NCBI GenBank assembly: GCA_026786085.1
Contig: JAJAYT010000409.1
Span: 1-45,877, forward strand
From: Microcoleus sp. CAN_BIN18
GTDB lineage: Bacteria > Cyanobacteriota > Cyanobacteriia > Cyanobacteriales > Microcoleaceae
DNA length: 45,877 nucleotides
Reading direction: 5' to 3'
A program made the translations under genes and the position numbers. Below, piece after piece: positions 39,653 through 45,877 of this stretch. The notes beneath the pieces were generated by a model. The model was not told the DNA's origin, made no database searches, and was given only the letters and a program-made list of their open reading frames with translations. Within the stretch, counting starts at the first letter, position 1; every line of letters begins with the position of its first letter.

Positions 39653-40050
39653 ATGAACAACCTTCAGGCAGTGAGACCGATTTTAAACCACTACTTAACA
39701 GTGAAAACGTCTATCGAGCATTGCTTCGGAAACAGTGGATTAATGAAGATACTGGATTAGTTGAATCTGAAGCTTACTACTTGCGTCAAGATAAAAATGA
39801 ACGAGGTCTTTCTGTGAACATTGCTAGTGTTTTTACTGCCGAACAATGTGCTGCAAGCTTCAAAAAGTGTTATGGAGTTGCTCGACTGGAAGTAGCAAGC
39901 ATCCGCGAGTTAGGCTTAGATGTAATTCCTGATTCCATATCTCACGCTGAAATAATACATCTACCTTACGCTGAAGACGATCCTGAACAAGCTGATTTTC
40001 TTGCTGATTCTTTGGCACAACAGTCTCAGATTGTGTGGCTGCGTCAGTAA
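39649..40050 (+). CDS. Hypothetical protein (possible ART/RES-like fold toxin)
   Basis: 133-aa ORF; VYR, GLSV, GV..L.V..IR.LGL.V.PD...HA.I. Confidence 0.7.
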   Translation: MNEQPSGSETDFKPLLNSENVYRALLRKQWINEDTGLVESEAYYLRQDKNERGLSVNIASVFTAEQCAASFKKCYGVARLEVASIRELGLDVIPDSISHAEIIHLPYAEDDPEQADFLADSLAQQSQIVWLRQ

Positions 40051-40097
40051 GTCAAAAGCATCAAACAAAGCGATCGCTTCTACAAATATAACCAAAA

Positions 40098-40214
40098 GCG
40101 ATCGCCCTTCCAACCACCAATCTAACTAAAGTGCGTGTATACGCAAGCGTGGCTTCCCATCAGGGTAGCGCAGGTATCGAGTAGAGAATCGCCTATAATA
40201 GAGTCAAAACCCCT
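40098..40214 (+). repeat. 117-bp direct repeat, copy 2
   Basis: Offset of 1001 bp from copy 1. Confidence 0.9.
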
Positions 40215-40237
40215 AATCTCCGCAACGACAAAAGATG

Positions 40238-41275
40238 TTACAAAGAGCCAGGGAATGGGGAAATAGTCTCGCTAAATGTCCTGACTGTGATTTCCCTACC
40301 TAAATCCTGAGCTAATAAATCGATACCGTTAATAACTCGATCTGGTTCTGCAATACTTAAAATATCATAGCATTTTTATCGATAATCGGGACGGTATTGG
40401 AAATACTCAATCGCTCTATTCAGCGGTTCCATAACTTGATAAGCTGCTTCAGCTTTGTCGATCGCCTTTTGGGGCATCGGACTTGCCAACCTTTGGATTG
40501 CCAAATCGATTAAATCTCTAGAGTTTACGCGATCGCTCGGCCATCGATCGGCATTTGCTAACAGCTTTTCTGCTATACTATCAACTTGATTCAAGCAAGG
40601 AACAGGCGACCAACTAGGATAACTTGGTTCATCAAAATGAATTCGCCCTTCACAAACCATCTCGAATTTAATTGTCATACCATCAACAATAACTGGAAAT
40701 CTAATACCATACTGGTTTGATTGAATATCGTTCGGTAGAACAATACCATCGCGATTAGCAAAAATCACATCATAGCCTGCTGCCGCCACTTTTCGGCGCA
40801 GGAGATTGTAGCCACCATCCATCGGACACATAAAGTCAATATCCTGACTTAACCGATATTCTCCATGTTCCATACTTACCAGAGTTCCGCCGCCAAAATA
40901 AGCGCGACATTCCTGTAAAAACTCGACATTCAAGTGGCTGAGTACAGTTAATATTTTTTGATGAATTTCGCGTTTAAACATTGGTTGAGAATTTACCGAT
41001 TTTTCATTTTTTGGGGACTGACTAACATTTCCCAGTTCCGCTACCAACCAGGATTGATAGTGTTGGCTAATTTGTTGAATAAAAGCCAGTTCCTCAGAGT
41101 CAGGTTGTCCCAATACTCCCCAATAATGCCAGCCTGATTCGTAGCGGTATAGCATTTCCTGGAAACTCAGATTATGGACATTAGCAACTTGCCAGCAGAT
41201 AGCCTGAAGAAATGGTAATTCTGCGGGGATTTTAAATACGGTTGCTAGTTCATTATCGTTCATCTTATTTCCCAA
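40238..41275 (-). pseudogene. AbiEii/AbiGii-family nucleotidyltransferase fused to an N-terminal partner domain, with an in-frame premature TAA at 40376-40378
   Basis: FGGGT, YRLSQDIDF, QYGIR, IKFE, EKLLANADRW, RDLIDL; frame continues 45 codons past the stop (KCYDILSI..GIDLLA..) to TAA at 40238-40240. Confidence 0.75.
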
Positions 41276-41392
41276 ACTCCTTATCTATTTCATCTGCAAA
41301 TATTCGGAATTATTCATCTCTCTATCATCTCTTCCTCTGTGTTCTCTGCGTACTCTGTGGTTAAATAATTCCGATCCAAATCAGAATTGATA

Positions 41393-42601
41393 TTACCCCT
41401 TAACTACCGCCCACTGAGTAATCGGTGCCAGCGGTTTCCAACCCTGAAAAGAGCCGATCGCACCAACACGCTGAATCCCAATTCTAATCAATTCGCCACC
41501 GTGCAAAGAATGCCATTGCAGCACCGTAAGTTCGCTTTCAACAGTCACCGCATTTACCACCAAACGGCCGCCTTCACCTAAAGCATTCCAACAAGTTTCT
41601 AACAAAGCCTCAGCAGTGACACCGCCGCCGATGAAAATAGCATCCGGTGGCGGCAAATTTGCCAAAGCTTCCGGTGCGTCTCCGGCCACGATTTTGAGTT
41701 CGGGAACACCCAAATTAGAGGCATTTTCAGCAATGTATTCCAGTCTAGTTGGATGGCGTTCGATCGCGATCGCCCGACAACTCCGATGACTCCGCATCCA
41801 CTCGATCGCGATCGAGCCGCAGCCAGCGCCCACATCCCACAGCAACTCCCCCGGAATCGGCGCTAACGCAGACAGAGTAACGGCTCGAACCTCCCGTTTA
41901 GTCAACTGTCCATCGTGGCGATAGGCTGCATCCGGTAAACCCGAAGTGCGGGGAAGCAGCAGAGTTTCGCGATCGGCTGCAACGGCAATGGCGATCGTAT
42001 TCAAATCATCCAAATCCGGCATATTCCAAGCTGCTGCAACCCCCTCGATCCGCCGTTCCGCCTCCCCAGACATCCGCTCGAACACAGTCATAAAACTGCC
42101 ACCAAACCCCCGCTGTGTCAACATTTGGGCTACAAGAGCGGGCGTATGTCGATCGGCACTCAACACCAGCAAGCGTGCACCGGGATAGAAAGCAAGGGCG
42201 ATCGATGAAACTGGGCGATTTGTTAAACTGAAAGTCTCAACATCCGCCAGCGCCCAGCCCAAACGCGCGCAAGCCAGACTAAAAGCCGATGCTGCGGGAA
42301 TCACAATCATTTCCGAAATCGGAATTTGGCGCGATAGCGTGACACCAATCCCGTGACACATCGGATCGCCGCTTGCTAGCACGCAGACAGATTCTCCGCG
42401 CCTGCGGATGATGTCGTCAATGGTTTTTTGCAGGGGTGAAGCCCAAACTAATTTTTCGCGGGTGTCGTCGGTTGGTAGCATTGCGAGGTGGCGCGCGCCC
42501 CCGACAATGATTTTAGATCGATCGAGCAACGAAAGGGCGATCGGGCTCAATCCCGAAAGTCCGTCTTCGCCAATTCCCACCACCGAAAGCCATTTTTGCA
42601 T
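41393..42601 (-). CDS. cbiET: Bifunctional precorrin-6Y C5,15-methyltransferase (CbiE-CbiT/CobL)
   Basis: VVGIGEDG, LASGDPM..GIG, LTKREVRA, WDVGAGCGS, PDAIFIGGG. Confidence 0.93.
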   Translation of the reverse strand: MQKWLSVVGIGEDGLSGLSPIALSLLDRSKIIVGGARHLAMLPTDDTREKLVWASPLQKTIDDIIRRRGESVCVLASGDPMCHGIGVTLSRQIPISEMIVIPAASAFSLACARLGWALADVETFSLTNRPVSSIALAFYPGARLLVLSADRHTPALVAQMLTQRGFGGSFMTVFERMSGEAERRIEGVAAAWNMPDLDDLNTIAIAVAADRETLLLPRTSGLPDAAYRHDGQLTKREVRAVTLSALAPIPGELLWDVGAGCGSIAIEWMRSHRSCRAIAIERHPTRLEYIAENASNLGVPELKIVAGDAPEALANLPPPDAIFIGGGVTAEALLETCWNALGEGGRLVVNAVTVESELTVLQWHSLHGGELIRIGIQRVGAIGSFQGWKPLAPITQWAVVKG

Positions 42602-43126
42602 TGCGCCAAGGTAATTACGATTTATCAATTCTCAAGAATAATATGAGATTGCTATTTTATTGAGAGAGACTAGACTTGAATTACATCAATTTGCGATCGA
42701 TCGCAGATGAAAGGCAGATCAACATTGATTAACGCAGATGAATTGTCAAAATAAATCAATCTTGTTTATCCGCCAGATTGGGATGTTCGGATTCAGCCAG
42801 AAGTTGCAACTGTGCGCGTGGGCGATCGCATTACCTTTGACATGATCGCCTCTGATTCCCAAGGCAAATTACTGCCTCCGGTATCTTTTATCTTTTGGAT
42901 TTCGGACTCCCGACTATCAGCAATATCAGCCTAATGCGCCAACCAAACCTCCCAATCCGACACCGTTACTCGATCGCACTTTTCATCATATAGGTACGCA
43001 ACCGGGCACATTTAGAGCGCTGCGATCGGGAACTGTGACGATAACAGGGAAAATGGGCGATCGGGTGAGGCAAGCCAAATTAACTATTAAATAAAACAGA
43101 AACTCGACAGCAACGAGTAATATCAT

Positions 43127-44605
43127 TTACGATCGGTCAAATTCACCAACCTGTTTTTGACCAATAGATGTAATTGCTAAAACTAAAACACTCAAAGTAA
43201 TCCCTAAAATGGCATAACTAGGTAGTAAAAAAACAGTTACTTTCAACAAATAAGGCAATTCCCCACCCTTCCAGTTCCAGCGCTTGCCGAAAAACCCCAA
43301 CAACCCGCCATAAATCACTGCGGTTTGCATCAAAAGACAGCAAACTCCCAATAACCAAATAGACATTCTTTTGCCAGAAAAGACACAATATTTAATCTGA
43401 AAATACAAGTCGTTGAGCAAAAAGACTACCGCCGATGCTAGCATCACAGAACTCGTTGGCTGAGAATAGTTGATTCCAATACTCAAACAGGAAACTAACA
43501 CCATTTCAGATAAATCAATATTTTTTGACCAAGCAGTGCGAGATTGTTTTCTATAAAAATACCAACTGACTAAACCAACTAACAGTACAATAATTAAGTC
43601 AGAGAATAGCTTAGCCACAAATGGACTATCGGGAAAAAATCTCGGTCCCATAACTCTTAAATCAATGCGACTCATCGAAATATAAGGATTATTCGATGGA
43701 TCGTTCAGCCAGAGTGGAAATCCACTAATAGAATCTTGTAGAAACCCTGTTACAGAATTACCCGATATAGCCAAACCAGTCAGTGCTAGACAAATCGCCG
43801 TAATTATCGATACAAAAACTAGATAAAACCGTTTTTTTATCAAAAAATAGGGAATAAATAATATAACTAATGTCGGTTTAAACAGAGCAATTCCTAATAA
43901 AATTCCTGCGGGTAAATCCAGATTGTTTCGAGCTAAGATAAACATCCATAACAGCAGAACAGCAATAAAAGTTGCCACATTGCCGACTTGTAGATCGAAG
44001 ACAAAACCATAGAGAAATACCACTGATATACTGCAAATAGTCCTAAAAGCTCGTGACTTCCACTCTAACAGGATATTCGCTCCCCATAAAACAACGCCTG
44101 TGGCAATAAGGTGCAGTACAATCCAAAAGTTGAATGCAGCCTTCATCGGAAAATAACCAAGAAACCAGATCAGAGGAATGACATTAGGTGGATAAACAAA
44201 AGATGGAATTAACCCACACACATTGGTGATGCTACAGAAACCTTTGTTAAATATTTTGAAATTAAAAGGACTCAAATGCTGATGAGCTAATTTACTCGCC
44301 ACATAAAACCACTTAAAATCCCAGTAAGGCGGATCGGATCGATGAGTCAAATCGTAAACCAACCAACCTGCATAACACAGGAATCTGGTGAGAATTAATA
44401 CAAGCACTGCTTGGCAAATAAAGTTAACGATAGGTTGAGCAAAAAAATGACTCAACTTTTGGATAAAAGGATGTTTGAAAAACAAAAAATCTTGCCATGC
44501 TTTTCCGTCGTGGTCTAATCGCAAATTACGATTTAGCAAGAAAGCGATTGTAATGATAACAAACAAATTCCACAATCCAAAACTAATCATACAAAATATT
44601 CTCAA
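43127..44605 (-). CDS. Glycosyltransferase family 87 (GT-C, DUF2029) membrane protein
   Basis: DF..FY.AS, FVYPP, GNV, GILLGIALFKP; many TM segments; start uncertain. Confidence 0.75.
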   Translation of the reverse strand: MRIFCMISFGLWNLFVIITIAFLLNRNLRLDHDGKAWQDFLFFKHPFIQKLSHFFAQPIVNFICQAVLVLILTRFLCYAGWLVYDLTHRSDPPYWDFKWFYVASKLAHQHLSPFNFKIFNKGFCSITNVCGLIPSFVYPPNVIPLIWFLGYFPMKAAFNFWIVLHLIATGVVLWGANILLEWKSRAFRTICSISVVFLYGFVFDLQVGNVATFIAVLLLWMFILARNNLDLPAGILLGIALFKPTLVILFIPYFLIKKRFYLVFVSIITAICLALTGLAISGNSVTGFLQDSISGFPLWLNDPSNNPYISMSRIDLRVMGPRFFPDSPFVAKLFSDLIIVLLVGLVSWYFYRKQSRTAWSKNIDLSEMVLVSCLSIGINYSQPTSSVMLASAVVFLLNDLYFQIKYCVFSGKRMSIWLLGVCCLLMQTAVIYGGLLGFFGKRWNWKGGELPYLLKVTVFLLPSYAILGITLSVLVLAITSIGQKQVGEFDRS

Positions 44606-44778
44606 CTAAAAAACCGCATTCAAACCTACAATATAGACTCCTATTCCCCATCTCTACCTAACTCTCTGTTCCCTCTTCTCTCTGCGTCCTCTGCGCCCTC
44701 TGCGGTAAAAAAAATCTTCAGTGTCACACCCAAGCATTTGCGTTACCCTAGTAAATTAAAGCTCTCCCAACAAAATTC

Positions 44779-45877
44779 ATGCTTCTTGCCCGCATCCAAG
44801 AACTAGCCACCACCCTCGCCCCCCGCTTAATCGAAATTCGCCGCCACATCCACTCGCACCCCGAACTCAGCGGCCAAGAATATCAAACCGCCGCCTATGT
44901 AGCCGGTGTTCTGGCTTCCAGCGGAGTCCGCGCCACGGAAGGAATCGGCAAAACCGGAGTCCTCGGCGAACTCAAAGTTAACAGCAGCGAGTCCCGGTGG
45001 CTGGCAATTCGCACCGATATGGACGCTTTGCCAATTCAAGAACGCACTAACTTAGAATTTTCCTCCCGCAACGAGGGAGTGATGCACGCCTGTGGCCACG
45101 ATATCCACACTACGGTCGGTTTGGGCGCAGCGATGATATTGTCTGAGTTAAAAGAAAAATTTTCTGGTAACGTCCGTTTCTTGTTTCAGCCGGCGGAAGA
45201 GATTGCTCAAGGTGCTCGCTGGATGATTCAAGATGGGGCGATGCAAGATGTTGATGCCATCCTCGGATTGCACGTTTTTCCGACGATTCCGGGCGGTTGT
45301 ATCGGTATCCGCCACGGGGCACTGACGGCGGCGGCGGATGACCTAGAATTGATTGTGATGGGCGAATCTGGGCACGGTGCGCGCCCCCACGAGGCGATCG
45401 ATGCAATTTGGATTGCTTCTCAGATAATTACCAGTTTGCAGCAGGCAATTAGCCGCACGCAAAATCCTTTGAGGCCTGTGGTTTTGACGATCGGGCAAAT
45501 TAGCGGCGGACGTGCACCGAATGTGATTGCCGATCGAGTAAAATTATTGGGAACCGTGCGATCGCTCCATCCCGAAACCCACGAAAAACTACCCGCTTGG
45601 ATCGAACAAATTGTTTCCAGCGTCTGCGCGACTTACGGCGCTAAATACGAACTCACCTACAAGCGCGGCGTGCCCGGAGTCCAAAATGATCCTAAACTGA
45701 CGCAATTAGTCGAAAGTGTGGCTTTAGAAGCTTTAGGGCGATCGCGCGTCCAAATTTTACCAGAACCATCCCTCGGTGCAGAAGATTTTTCGATGTACCT
45801 AGAACACGCGCCGGGAACCATGTTTCGCTTGGGAGTGGGACTGGCTGACAAACCCAACTATCCCCTCCATCACCCGC
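44779..45877 (+). CDS. M20 family amidohydrolase, runs off the window end (not in ORF track)
   Basis: MLLARIQELA..RRHIHSHPELS.QE, RTDMDALP, MHACGHD, FQPAEE, GHGARPH, GAEDF. Confidence 0.92.
   Translation, partial: MLLARIQELATTLAPRLIEIRRHIHSHPELSGQEYQTAAYVAGVLASSGVRATEGIGKTGVLGELKVNSSESRWLAIRTDMDALPIQERTNLEFSSRNEGVMHACGHDIHTTVGLGAAMILSELKEKFSGNVRFLFQPAEEIAQGARWMIQDGAMQDVDAILGLHVFPTIPGGCIGIRHGALTAAADDLELIVMGESGHGARPHEAIDAIWIASQIITSLQQAISRTQNPLRPVVLTIGQISGGRAPNVIADRVKLLGTVRSLHPETHEKLPAWIEQIVSSVCATYGAKYELTYKRGVPGVQNDPKLTQLVESVALEALGRSRVQILPEPSLGAEDFSMYLEHAPGTMFRLGVGLADKPNYPLHHP

Overview
About 46 kb of chromosome from a filamentous cyanobacterium, most likely of the Microcoleus/Oscillatoriales type. 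This is inferred from frequent HIP1 (GCGATCGC) sites, psbP, hli, cphBA, heptamer STRRs and REP/MITE-like palindromes. Housekeeping genes are mntCAB, larC, larB, a yrdC-family gene, cysA, argC, eno, maf, psbP, ispF, trmD, cphB-cphA, cbiET and an M20 amidohydrolase. Many accessory modules lie between them. The most notable are: (1) a 431-bp IS200/IS605-type element with an apparently intact HEARO/omega-RNA but no IscB, upstream of larC; (2) a defence-like cluster at 35.5-41.3 kb containing a Type IIG-like R-M enzyme, an uncharacterised two-gene cassette (possible ART/RES-like toxin plus partner) bracketed by 117-bp direct repeats, and a partner-AbiEii fusion with a premature stop; (3) a cobalamin riboswitch leading an unusual operon (unannotated 37-aa Cys-Cys-Cys peptide, hypothetical protein, SAM methyltransferase, orphan cbiO); (4) tandem LRR lipoproteins with constant caps and variable repeats; (5) a frameshifted DUF1517 gene. 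No CRISPR array, rRNA, tRNA or reverse transcriptase was seen. All family assignments come from motif recognition by eye, not from database searches.
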